From contig NW_026867374.1 of NCBI RefSeq assembly GCF_026571515.1, positions 62,001-126,000 of the forward strand: a stretch of 64,000 nucleotides of DNA, in the 5' to 3' direction. The stretch comes from Ruditapes philippinarum (Eukaryota). A model generated the notes under the pieces. It made no database searches, had not been told where the DNA came from, and saw only the letters and a program-made list of their open reading frames with translations. The translations under genes were made by a program, and so were the position numbers. Shown piece by piece: positions 26,601 through 38,203 of this stretch (positions are counted from its first letter, which is position 1; each line of letters opens with the position of its first letter).

Positions 26601-27126
26601 TCACCACTTGTTTTTTGTTGTTGTTGTTGTTGTTGCCATTTTGACAGAACGTTGTTACTTTGGGCACCATTATGTTTTATTTTATTCTAAAAATAAACCG
26701 AGCCACACGGGTTATATATACCGTTGTAACTTGATATGAACAAGGCTTGCTTTTATAATGATTTGATATGGATGTGTTGGACTTGGTAATTAAACACGTG
26801 GTTGATAAAAATTGTATCCAACATTGATTATTGGAAGATCAAATGTTGCAAAGGGTGAAAGTTTATTAGTTACATTTTATAAGGGAAAAAATTAGTATTT
26901 GAACTGTAAAACCTAGCGAGACAGGACTTAAACAATTAAAACGTTGTATTTTGACTATTAAATAAAAAACATAGTGACTATTTTTGTGACAGCGTAGTGG
27001 AATTGGTCAAATATTTTATTTTACAGGGTGTACTTCTGTGGACCATATATTGAGCCAGATCCAGCTATGCTACCACCACTTCCGGTCGGTAAACACGGAG
27101 GTTCAAGTTCATGTCTTATTTTGTAA
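20517..27126 (+). CDS. Gene B: paralog of gene A (PPTY, four repeats, C-terminal CLIL); 10 coding exons, exon 8 disrupted as assembled
   Basis: Exons 20517-20606, 21491-21633, 22099-22383, 22822-22961, 23780-23947, 24428-24546, 24946-25000, ~25405-25615 (5' half frame-disrupted), 26151-26280, 27027-27126. GT-AG introns with the same phases as gene A. Confidence 0.8.
20766..21006. mobile_element. Palindromic (foldback) MITE; second copy at ~35010-35236
   Basis: Near-perfect ~110-bp inverted arms attgagccgtgtcacgacaaaaccaac...gttggttttgtcatgacacggctcaat with TA/TATA flanks. Confidence 0.85.
21491..21633 (+). CDS. Gene B exon 2: VMGVYQTSVK...VPTFDDF
   Basis: ctacag / gtataa boundaries; 143 nt. 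Confidence 0.9.
22099..22383 (+). CDS. Gene B exon 3 (equals gene A exons 3+4 fused)
   Basis: tttcag / gtaaat boundaries; reads ...FIKGIRLWLTK... without an intron. Confidence 0.9.
22822..22961 (+). CDS. Gene B exon 4: GGRGRIIIGGE...LKDDPIP
   Basis: tttag / gttttt boundaries; homologous to 6125-6255. Confidence 0.85.
23318..23655. repeat. (GAT)n microsatellite with three diverged ~70-bp units
   Basis: gatgatgatg runs and repeated 'ctgacgacgacagtaacaagtataacgatga'; explains the poly-His minus-strand ORF. Confidence 0.85.
23780..23947 (+). CDS. Gene B exon 5: TVLTIETD...VIRIFYVKGSPTNADI
   Basis: aacag / gtaaaa boundaries; 168 nt. Confidence 0.9.
24428..24546 (+). CDS. Gene B exon 6: YTEIIPDV...SQWVSKNQ
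   Basis: ttgtag / gtaagt boundaries. Confidence 0.85.
24946..25000 (+). CDS. Gene B exon 7: GLRVVNIQQYDAYVKSSM
   Basis: tttcag / gtaagt boundaries; 55 nt. Confidence 0.9.
25405..25615 (+). CDS. Gene B exon 8; 3' part intact (IRIYTT...RLFLPARTGRRTFECMTQTMERIDAWLRVT), 5' part frame-disrupted
   Basis: In-frame TAG at 25456-25458; the 5' part aligns to gene A 'VCSDSTDD' only if several single-base deletions are allowed. Confidence 0.7.
26151..26280 (+). CDS. Gene B exon 9: VPIYSVETVELLF...GKHWLTAI
   Basis: gaaag / gtactg boundaries; 130 nt. Confidence 0.9.
27027..27126 (+). CDS. Gene B exon 10: VYFCGPYIEPDPAMLPPLPVGKHGGSSSCLIL* (CaaX)
   Basis: ttacag acceptor; TAA at 27124-27126. Confidence 0.9.
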
Positions 27127-29483
27127 AAGAGAACACGTCAGTTATACAAATCTACAAACAAACTACCTGTGATATTATAATATTATGAGTATTTTTGTTA
27201 TTGCTCCTTTTGATATTTCATGTTATGTTGATATTTGTAATTTTTGTTATTTTTGTTATGATTAATTATTGCTCAATTTGATATGTCATGTTATATTGAT
27301 ATTTGTGTCTATTTTGATTGTTACTTTTGTTACTCACTACATTGAACTACATACACGTCACATTCGGAACGTGTGATTCATTTTTAAATATCAGTGAACA
27401 TGAAAGAAAAACTGTATGAAAGTTCAAAGACTATTATTACTTCTACTTATGGTAGTAAAAGAAGAAGAAAACGAGAAATAACTTATTTTGCGTTCTGTCA
27501 TAAAACATAATTATACATTCTGTTGAAAAATTTGTTTCGTATTGCATAACCGATCAGTGGCTTATACAAATTATTTTTTTTTATTGTTGGCCAATAAGAA
27601 TCACATGATATTAGTCAGATATTTAGAAATTTTTAACTTGAACATGTCATATTTTTTCGTTATATTCGTACCATCAAAGAATATCAGTAGGACAAATGTT
27701 TATAACACTAAAATAATGTTTGTCAAGATAGTTAGTAAGGTATGTCAATACGTTTATCCCTCGGTAGGAAAGCTACATACGTGAGGTTAACTGCCAGTAT
27801 AAAGCTACGTACCCTCTGCCAGGAAGACAAGCTGCATAGACTGTGATCAAATTCATTATAATGATATATGTTTGACATTAGTCAAAAATTAACAATGGCT
27901 GAACATAACTTTATTAAGGATTATAACAAAGCCGATAAAAGTACAGTAACGATGTCGGAATGATGTACTTGTAATAAAGCAATAGATCAGGACTGACATT
28001 ACTCTTGACTTAATCATTATTCCATCATTTTATGTTTGTATAACGTTATTTAGCTTAGAATTTGTCTTTTTCAAAATGAATTAATAATGCGTTGTTCTTT
28101 TTCTTTCATGATACCAATAAAAATTTTATTGCTTCTTTTATTCTTCGTTTTCTTGTTTGCTTTTTTGGAAGCATAATTCGTGAAAGTGTCTTGTATTTAA
28201 AATAATAAATGGTATTATACTGTTCAACACTAGAAAAATAAGAAGAATTATCTTCAACATTATTTTTCTTTTTCTAACCCATGAAAAAGACTCAAAATTA
28301 ATTGAAAACTTCAAACAACTTCTGACGGTCGAAGGTCCAAGACTTATACTTCTATTGGTCTAAAACGACAAAAGTCATTATGAGACAAAGAAAAAACACA
28401 CGGTATAAATAAGCAACGTGACTCAGTTTAATAATTTCTGACGTATAAGACAACGTTCTGCAACATGGACTCCAGAATTACAATATGACTTGGCAAATGC
28501 TATTCCATGTTTATGAGACCGCGTTGACTCCTAAATACCAATTGTCTATGCAAGAAGAAACTTTATGGCATGCACTTACGGCACATCATTTTGCCAATTC
28601 TGAATAAAAACAAAAAAGTATATTTTTATTGAAAATGAGCAACATTTTTTTTTAGCTATGACATTTGAACCCACATTGACTGTTACAATTTTCTGATGCA
28701 ATATTGATAAATATCTATTACTGATATAAAGAATTGAATATTGAAGAAGGGAAAAACTTGTAATGTTGCAGGGTCTCTATCTCTTTTGTGTAATATTAAA
28801 AAAACACAACATATTGCCTCGTTGATCTCTCTGGCGTTCATTCAACAAAAAGGCGTTTTATACAACATTGCAGACGAAATGTAACTTTAAATAATATATT
28901 ATTCATATGTACGTCCAATTGTGTATATTTATATATCAAAACAGTGTTCCAAAATACAAAGACTAAACTTCCAATCGATTCTCTGGAAGTACACGTGTTG
29001 TTTTGGTTCTGTTTCTTTGTTGTTTTTGTTTTGTTTTATATATATAAAATCGCATTGTTATTCCAAACGCAACCAGTTTAACATCTATAAATGTATTGGA
29101 GAGAATGGCGCATCAAAATAGGTCAAACTTGCCTTTTTATGATTTTTCCTCAGGATAAAACGGCAGGTAATAAAGTAATTTCCGGTTAATTAAAGAGTCG
29201 TGACTGAAACATTATTGTACTTTTGTGCTGTTTCAGAAATATATAAGATTTTTTTCTCAATATATTTGTGTTGCTTTAGGGATTTGTGCATACTCTTTTT
29301 AAATGTTTATTTTACATATATTCACCTTCTTTAGCTGTTCTTTTAAAATCAAAATTTAAATTGTTCAACAGACCAGAATTGGTATTGACATAAATTATGT
29401 ACTAGCTAGTATGAGTGTTTAGTGAACCAAAATGATTACCATGTATATAGCTCAGATAATGTAAAATCAACATTGAGTGTCAA

Positions 29484-29735
29484 CGATCGAGAAGTTGAGG
29501 ACGTTGACATCAAACCACTAGCTGCTGTGGGTTCGAATCCGAAAGGACTTTGGACTTTTTCATATGACGAAGCTAACCAGCTAGCTTTTGGAACGTCGGT
29601 AGTTCTACTCAGGTACCCGTTCGTTGCTAAAATAACGTATGGAAGGGCACCTGAGGTCTTCCTCCATTATTCTATAAGCTGAATAGTCGCCATATGACCT
29701 GTACTGTGATGGTGCGACGTAAAACCCAACAGAAA
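29484..29735 (+). mobile_element. SINE (5'-degenerate)
   Basis: gggttcgaatcc B-box, 'ggaacgtcggtagttctactcaggt...gaggtcttcctcca...gtcgccatatgacc...gtgcgacgtaaaaccc' body. Confidence 0.75.
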
Positions 29736-31011
29736 TGTAATAATGTACAATAATTAATGGTAATATACTGTTCAGCACTAGAAAAATAAGAAGAATTATC
29801 TTCAACATTATTTTTCTTTTTCTAACACATGAAAAAGACTCAAAATTAATTGAAAACTTCAGACAACTTCCGACGGTCGAAGGTTCAAGACAAAAGTCAT
29901 TATGAGACAAAGAAAAAACACACATCATGAACTGTATGGTCTAAATAAGCAACGTGACTCAGTTCAATAATCTCGGACGTATTAGGCAACGTTCTGCAAC
30001 ATGGTATCCGGAATTACAATATGACTTTGCAAATGCTATTCCATGTTTATGAGACCGCATTGACTCCTAAATATCAATTGTCTATGCAAGAAGAAACTTT
30101 ATGGCATGCTCTTACGGCACATTATTTTGCCAATTCTGAATCATAAATTTCATGCAAAGAACAAAAATGTATATTCTTATTGAAAAACATTTTTTCTAGC
30201 TATGACATTCAATCTTTGAAATTGACTGTTACAATTTTCTGATGCAATATTGATAAATATAATTATCGATATAAAGAATTGAAAATTGAAAAAGAGAAAA
30301 ACTTGTAATGTTGCTGGGTCTCTCTCTCTCTTTTGTGTAATATTAAAAAAAACACAACATATTGCCTTGTTGATCACTCGACTGGTATTCATTCAACAAA
30401 AAGGCGTATTATTCAACATTGCAGACGAAATGTAACTTAAAATAATATATAATTCATCTGCACGTCTAATTGTGTATATTTATATATCAAAACAGTGTTC
30501 CAAAATACAAAGACTAAACTTCCAATCGATTCTCTGGAAGTACACGTGTTGTTTTGGTTTTGTTTCTTTCTTTTTTTTCTTTTTTTTTATGAAATCGCAT
30601 TGTTATTCCAAACGCAATCAGTTAAACATCTATGAATGTATTGGAGAGAATGGCGCATCAAAATAGGTCAAACCTGCCTTTTTATGATTTTTCGTCACAT
30701 TTAAACGGCAGGTAATAAAGTAATTTCTGGTTAATTAAAGAGTCGTGACTGAAACATTATTGTATTTTTGTGCTGTTTCAGAAATATATAAGATTTTTTT
30801 TCTAAATATATTTGTGTTGCTTTAGGGATTTTTAAATGTTTATTTTACATATGTTCACCTTCTTTAGCTGTTCTTTTAAAATCAAATTTTAAATTGTGCA
30901 ACAGACCAGAATTGTTATTGACATAAATCGTGTACAAAGCTAGTATGAGTGTTTAGTGAACCAAAATGATTACCATGTATATAGCTCAGATAATGTAAAA
31001 TCAACATTGAG

Positions 31012-31250
31012 CGTCAATGGTCGAGATGTTAAGGCCGTTGGCATCAAATCCGAAAGGACTTTTGACTTTTTCATATGACGAAGCTACCCAGCTAGGTTTT
31101 GGAACGTCGGTAGTTCTACTCAGGTACCCGTTTATGCCTGAAAAAACGTATGGAAGGGAACCTGAGGTCTTCCTCCATCATTTCAAAAGCTGGATAGTCG
31201 CCATTTATGACCTGTACTGTGATGGTGCGACGTAAAACCCAACAGAAATG
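31012..31250 (+). mobile_element. SINE (duplicate of 29484-29735)
   Basis: Same body sequence. Confidence 0.75.
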
Positions 31251-33170
31251 TAATAATGTACAATAATTAAGAGTATTATACTGTTCAACACTAGAAAAAT
31301 AAGAAGAATTATCTTCAACATTATTTTTCTTTTTCTAACCCATGAAAAAGACTCAAAATTAATTGAAAACTTCAAACAACTTCCGACGGTCGAAGGTTCA
31401 AGACAAAAGTCATTATGAGACAAAGAATAACACACACCATGAACTGTATGGTGTAAATAAGCAACGTGACTCAGTGCAATTATTTTGGACGTAATAGGCA
31501 ACGTTCTGCAACATGGTATCCGGCATTACAATATGACTTGGCAAATGCAATTCCATGTTTATGAGACCGTGTTGACTCCTAAATATCAATTGTCTATGCA
31601 AGAAGAAACTTTATGGCATGCACTTACGGTACATTATTTTTGTCAATTCTGAATCATAAATATCATGCAAAGAAAAAAATGTATATTCCTATTGGAAATG
31701 AGAATATGTTCTTCTGGCTATGATATTTGAATTCACTTTGACTGTTTCAATTTTCCGATGCAATATTGATATACGATTAAGTGTGATATACTCACTTTGC
31801 ATACGTGATAGGTTAAAACTTCTTCAATTGACAGCCCCAGCCCGGTTTATTTTTGATCAACCCTCGTACATGTATATATATTATTGGTAATTGAAAAAGT
31901 GAAAGCTTGTAATGTTGCAGGGTCTTTCGAGCTCTCTGGTGGGATATTAAAAGTAGCAACACATATTTCCGACTTCATCTCCCAACTGGCATTCATTCAA
32001 CAAAAAAGCGTATTATTCAACATTGCAGACGCAAAATTAATTTGAATAATATATTATTCATTTCTTGTATCCAATTTTGTATCTTTCAAAACAGCGTTCT
32101 AAAAATATCAAACATCTAATCAATTCCCTGGAAGCGCACGTGTTTTTGTTGTTGTTGTTTTTTTTTAATAAGAAAAATTGCCCTTCCAAACGCGCAACCA
32201 GTTTAACATGAGAAAATGACGCATCAAAGCATATCAATCGTGCCTTTTTTCGTTTTTCTTTACATTAAAACGGCAGGTAATAGAGCAATTCCCGGTGAAT
32301 TACACCGCAATGATTTGTATAAACTTGAATTACTTTAGTATGCACAGCGTTCGGGTAGTTGTGCAGAGTAGTGACTTAACCATTATTGTAATTTTGTGCT
32401 GCTTCTGAAATACATAAGAGTTTTATTAATTTTCGATATTTGTGCTGTATTAGGAATTTGTGCATACTCTTTTTAAATGTTACTTACCGTTTTTCTTAAA
32501 TTAAAATGGAAAATGTGCAACAGACCGGAATTAGTATTGACATAAATCGTGCACTAAGCAAGCAATATTCCATTGTTTTTGGAGGTGGTTGTTATGATAG
32601 CAAATACTACTGCGTCACGAAGATTAAACCTCATTAAAACATTTTAAACAACAATGGCACATTAGTCGTATGACAATGTTTGGTACACACAATTTAAACC
32701 ATGAAACCAGCTAAAGATAAAAATGTATTTATTAAACTTTTGGGGCGCCCGGTTGACGACGGGTTTTTAAGGTCGCTGACTTAAAAAGAATTTTTAAAAC
32801 CCCAACCGCGGGGCTTCGAACCCCCGACAGTGTCGGGTGAAAAAACCCTATCCGGGAAAGCTTTAGGGGAACGGGGGGTGGTTCTACAAAAGGAAACCCT
32901 TTTTTGTGCCTAAAATTTAACCCCAGGGAAAAGGGAAAACCTTTGAGGTTTTCCCAAAAAAACGGGTTTAAGTCGCCATTTTGACCTTTTAACTGTTTTG
33001 GTGCAAACGAAAAAAACCCACAGAAATTTAATCAACTAAAAAAATGTGTAAAAATGCAATGAAAATATACAAGTCAATTCGAAATTTTTTTTAAAATTTC
33101 CTTTTTGTTTTTTTTGAAAATTGTAATTCCACCCGAAAAAATTTGCATTGTCTTTTCAAAATATTAAATG

Positions 33171-33290
33171 GAAACACGCAAACACCGCTCTTTTTATTGA
33201 GTTTAAAATCCAATAATCATGTTCATTGTAAAGCGTTAAGAGTCAATGGGGCTATTGTCTTTTACCCGTTTGCCCAGGGATTATAAATTA
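33171..33290 (+). promoter_or_regulatory. Conserved non-coding module upstream of first-exon cassette V1
   Basis: cacgcaaacaccgctctttttattgagtttaaaatccaataatca...gtcaatgg is homologous to 45391-45508; both lie ~500-520 bp before an ATG. Confidence 0.55.
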
Positions 33291-33693
33291 AAAGGTAAAA
33301 TCTGCCCGCTTTGGGAATGCGGTTTTACCGTATTATAGTTTAAAATTATCCGATAGGGAGGAAAGAAAAGATTATAAATATTTATAGTAGGATGTTTTTT
33401 GTGTAAGCATTACTTTAGGAAGTATATTTTGACTCGGATTGCTACAAATGTTTACTCCAAGCTATCTCTTTTTACTAAATTAGACTAGATCATCTGCCAA
33501 TTAAGAAATATAGATAAGAAAGGATTTTTTTTTGGCTTTAGATTATAAGATAGCGTGAATACATCATCGTTTTCATTGATTAAATTTACCTGATAAAACC
33601 TTGTCGTTTCGAGATTTTACGTGAGGAGATAAATTGGAATTTAGAAGTAGTGTTTGATCAAATTTACGTGGAGACATATTTGAATTAGAAAGA

Positions 33694-33783
33694 ATGGAAG
33701 AGGAAAAGAAGGATGTTAATCTGCCGTCAGAAACTCCGGCCAATGAACATCAATTTCACCATCCTCCTCCAGAATATAACGAG
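33694..33783 (+). CDS. Orphan first coding exon V1: MEEEKKDVNLPSETPANEHQFHHPPPEYNE (PPEY)
   Basis: ATG 33694, 30 open codons, GAG|gttagt phase-0 donor; aligns to gene A/B exon 1 (A[D/N]ExxFxxPPPxYxE). Confidence 0.8.
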
Positions 33784-35009
33784 GTTAGTAATCTAAATAT
33801 TTTTATTTTTTATTTTAGCACAGACATCTTATTAACAGGTACATTAAGTAAGCAATAGAACTTTGAAAAAAGAAGTTATACATACATGATAAGTACATTA
33901 TATTATGACCATTGCACATTTTTATCGTGATGCAGTAAATAAGAAACTATTTTGTATAGGCAACATTTTGCATAAAGCCTGGAGTATGTATTGTCCTATA
34001 GAAATTATAAAAGAATCATATCGTGTAAAAAATATTACACGTTCCCGCCATGAAAGAAATTATTAGAAGATATCAAGAACAAATATTTCAATCGGTGAAT
34101 GGTTGGAATTTAGACTGCTTTTTTCTAGACTGTTAAGAAACGATAACAACGATGTCTAACATAGTAGTACCTGATTTTGTTTTTGCCATATTGAACTATA
34201 GCGTTTTAACACTTGTTACCCTGTCCTCTAAATAAGTCCTTAAGAGTGTTTTCTGTATGTACATTCTATTAAAGTTATTTTGAAATTGCCGTTAAATATG
34301 AAAAACAATGTCGTATCTTTAGGAACACTCCATTGAAATTACAATGTACATAATTAACATATTTTCCATACATGTAAGTGAGTTTGAATTGTATTGGTTC
34401 TGAAAAAAGTACTAGTTTATATCTTAAAAGCATGATGTATATAAATTTATCCTTAAGAAGTAATTGGCAAATAGGGAATTCAAACGTGCCCTTTTATTAA
34501 ACATGACCCCATTTTTTTCCGTTTAAAATGTTTTGTTATCATATTCTAATAACATGCAAAGTTTAAAGAAATTCTATTGAACAGTTTTCATTTTGCTTAT
34601 ATGTCTATATGAAAACTCCGGAAAACGTCTTTAAATAAATTTTAATATTTTTATGTTAAAGCTTGAATATTGCTTAAACCTGTGCTAGAGAGCATAAGGT
34701 GTATTGCGCTTCCCATTTATGGCCATGAATAGACTCAGTCAAACCAAAGTCTTTTTATTCAATGCTATTGATGGATCACTTTTTTCAGACTATGATTTTG
34801 CTGATTTATATCTATATCTTAAAAGATTTATATCTATATCTTAAAATGACTGTGCCATTTTAATGTTCTAATCATAATGCCATGAATTTTTCAGACTTTA
34901 TAAACCAGAGAAAACATGTTGATCATACTTAACGTTTGACAAAACATATTCTACTCCATCAGTTCTCAAGATTGCTAACACGTCAGGCATTTGGTACGTT
35001 AAATAACAC

Positions 35010-35236
35010 CATAATCAACAGTGGGTTTGCGACCAGCATGGATCCAGACCAGCTTGCGCATCCACGCAGTCTGATCAGGATCCATGCTCTTCGCTTACCA
35101 ACTCTTTTACAAGTAGAGAAACTGATAGCGAACAGCATGGATCCTGATCAGACTGCGCATCCGCGCTCTCTGGTCTGGATCAATGCTGATCGCAAACCAA
35201 TTATGTTGGTTGGTTTTGTCATGACGCGGCTCAAAT
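35010..35236. mobile_element. Palindromic MITE, same family as 20766-21006 (left end truncated)
   Basis: gcgaccagcatggatccagaccag...gtcatgacgcggctcaa. Confidence 0.8.
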
Positions 35237-35776
35237 GTGTTTTTATCTTTTTCAATTCTACCTCTAACAAAGTTTTCACATTATTCCTGACACAGCGGTA
35301 TACACCATACTGACAGATAAATAATAGAAACACTCTGTCGGTGTCACTTTTTCGTGTCAAAATCCCAATTATCTTTCTTCGTATTAGTGAAAAGTCACGC
35401 ACTATATCATTTTGAGCTCCTGTTGTACGAGTGTTGCTTATTTACTAAGCAAATAACGGCATAATTGATATTGAATGGACGTAACTTCATAATACAATAC
35501 TGTGTTGTTGTTTCCTTTTTACTATACTAGGAAATAATTTTTGGCATTGCAACTTAGAGATTTTTGTCATGATCATCGATTCGATCAAAATCATCGAATC
35601 GATCAAAACCTTTGGGATATTGTCATGAGAATGTATCTTTACAATTTATTTCAAATTTTGTTTTTGTTTTGTTACATTATTTTAGTCGAAAAAAAATACT
35701 TGTAAAAACTAATGGTTGTCTTCAATGTGAATTTTGTACTCTTTGGTATAATGTACTATATTTACATGCTATTTAA

Positions 35777-36106
35777 AGCTGCATTCTTTCAGATGAGCGA
35801 ATGTTTATCAAGAAATCAAACTTGAAAGAATGTACGAAGTAGAAATTATTAGTGATTTAAGTTATAATTAGTACATGTTATACACGGTAAAAACTGATTT
35901 TACAGTATTTATCACCATATTTCTACTGTGTGACTAACACAGTAATGGCTAGTTTTGCATTTACATTGTATTTACTTTTTTTGTGGTAATTTACATAGAT
36001 ATAAAGTGCCGTTTGCAATGTGTAATTTACATTTTTGTTCACTTCACAATATTTTACTTTTAAACACATTTGTAATGTTCATGAAAAAAGCTGGAACCAT
36101 GCTGCT
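35777..36106 (+). mobile_element. Kolobok-like MITE
   Basis: TTAA|agctgcat ... atgctgct|TTAA; homologous to 8272-8571. Confidence 0.65.
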
Positions 36107-38125
36107 TTAAAAGTATTTTGAGAATAATTGCCGCCAGCTCACGAAATCTGCTTTGCCGAAAGGACAGAAGTAAATAAAGGAAAACATCTTTTTAATATGA
36201 ATCATTTCAGGATTGTCCGTTGTTGCTGATTTATTAATGATGTCAGCGAAGAACTTTAACAACAAATCAGATTCGTTTGTTGCTTACGAAAAGAGGATAA
36301 CAAACCACTTTCAGTTGTTTTATTCTGCTTACTCGGTTTCTTGACGACAAATAGCCAAATTCACGTATTTAAATATTATCGCCCAGCTAATATCGCTTTG
36401 TCGTGCGGTTCCTTGAAGCAGCAGACGAAATTCATATGTTTTTGTCTTGTAGTTTGACGCGTAAGCGCTAGCGAAAACATAAATATACAGTATTTACCAT
36501 AATGTCAGATATCTTGTGGAATTCCATTGCAAAGTTAATGATATTACTTTCAATATTGATATATCACTTAAGGGATGGGATGATGCCAATTTATTGTGTG
36601 TATTATTACAACCCAGTAAAGTATAAAAATGTATACATATTACCAAATCCATTAATGTACATATTGTTGAAGAGGATAATGCCTTTATAATATAATGTTG
36701 CCATTTGCCGAATCAGTAATGATATTTGTTGATGGAAAATAAATGATACGTCATCAAGTGAATATGATTTTATAATTTATTCTGTTAAAAACTGCTTGAA
36801 CCAACGAAATTGCAGCTATTTTTATATAATATATTTTAACATTTGAAATAAAAATATATTATTTTGACTATTTGCTTGATTTGTGCTTATTGCGATGTTT
36901 GCTGATAATAAAGAACAGTTCAGATATGTATGTCAAATGATAACAGGATGTTTTATGCTTATGTTCCTTTTAAAAATGCGCATTGTTAAGTTCAAATAAT
37001 GAAGTATAAAACATATAACCACTTTGAAGGAGAACGCCCTGGTGCTGCCTTAAATAGCATCTGAAAAGCAATAATGTCCAGTCCAGTCCACAAGTTCGGA
37101 TCACCGTTCAAAGTCACTAATCCCCAGAACTCGAGCTGAAAATTGCTAAACCTGTTTGCAATGATAATTAAAACGAAGTACCATAAATTTTTTTTTTCAA
37201 ACCAAGTACACTTAAGATCATACGAGTCTTATACCGGCTGCCGGTACAAATCACAGTATCTGGCTCGAGAATAAGAACGCAATTCATGCATAAAAGGCGC
37301 GCGGGAATGACGTCGTTTAAAAAAAGGTGACTTGCTTACGGGAGGGGTGGGGGGAATATAACAGGTTTTTCTAGCACCGGTGTAAACGGTAGATATAATC
37401 ATGTCTGATATGCAAGAAAATCCAGTCTGATATGCAAGGAAAAACACTATAATTTTGTAATAATGTTGTACCTCACACTATGCGCCACAATCTACAATCT
37501 ACATACCCCCTGGGATGATATTTGTTTTGGGGTTTCTGCAGCCACTATAAATAAAACAACAAACAATTCATTACCTGACACCAAAATGACACAAAAAGTA
37601 TGTCAAATACAGTACATAAGCATTTATTCATCGTAACTCCAATGTGAAAAAAAAATCCAATAATGTTCCTATTGCAATAGACCCAGAGTCAAGTTCTTTG
37701 CTGTATTGAGCTCCTTTTCAATTGATCTGAAATTATATATTCAAAAGGAATGAGAGAAAAACATTACCGTAACTGGTATCGATCCTAAGTACAGATTAAG
37801 GCAGGAAGAAATTTATGTATAGTGTGTCATTATTTGATGATGCCGCGAATATCATCTCATTACAGTGTGCTGTCGTGTGGTTTTATTCAAACATTATACT
37901 TTGTTTTGCTGCTTTAGAGCAGTATTAGTGTTTGCTAATCTAATCAATTGCAGATTTTCGAGTCTGATTAACTAACAATTAGCTTGCGCGTAATGAACGT
38001 GAAACAGGAAAAAGAAATAATAACTTAATCAGTAGTAATAATAGTTTCTGGAAAAAAAACATATAAAAAGGAATATCTATAGAATTGATTTTACTTATAT
38101 CAAGAAAATAACTTAAATTCAAAAC

Positions 38126-38203
38126 ATGGAAGAAACAAGTAGTATGTCGGATGTTTCTGTTGGTGAACCTTCTTATTGTCAACCTCCAGAGGAACATAGT
38201 GAG
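38126..38203 (+). CDS. Orphan first coding exon V2: MEETSSMSDVSVGEPSYCQPPEEHSE (PY motif degenerate)
   Basis: aaacATGG context, 26 open codons, GAG|gtaatt phase-0 donor; YCQPPEEHSE aligns position for position with FHHPPPEYNE. Confidence 0.65.

Larger units (their letters stand above)
28201..33030 (+). repeat. Tandem triplication of a ~1.5-kb unit, each ending in a SINE
   Basis: Unit starts (tatactgttca[a/g]cactagaaaaataagaagaattatc) near 28201, 29749, 31262; SINEs at ~29484-29735, ~31012-31250, ~32745-33030. Confidence 0.9.

Noticed and set aside
29105-32276. ATG...cggcag|gtaat segments in the three triplicated units (MAHQNRSNLPFY, faintly like V4 MDIKRSNSPFH) as extra first exons
   Set aside because: Copy 1 has an in-frame TAA, copies 2 and 3 end in different non-zero phases, and there is no PPxY or terminal Glu. 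They cannot join a phase-0 exon 2.
34936-35313. 125-aa ORF matching ORF 20777-20959
   Set aside because: Both are translations of the same palindromic MITE, not a duplicated gene.
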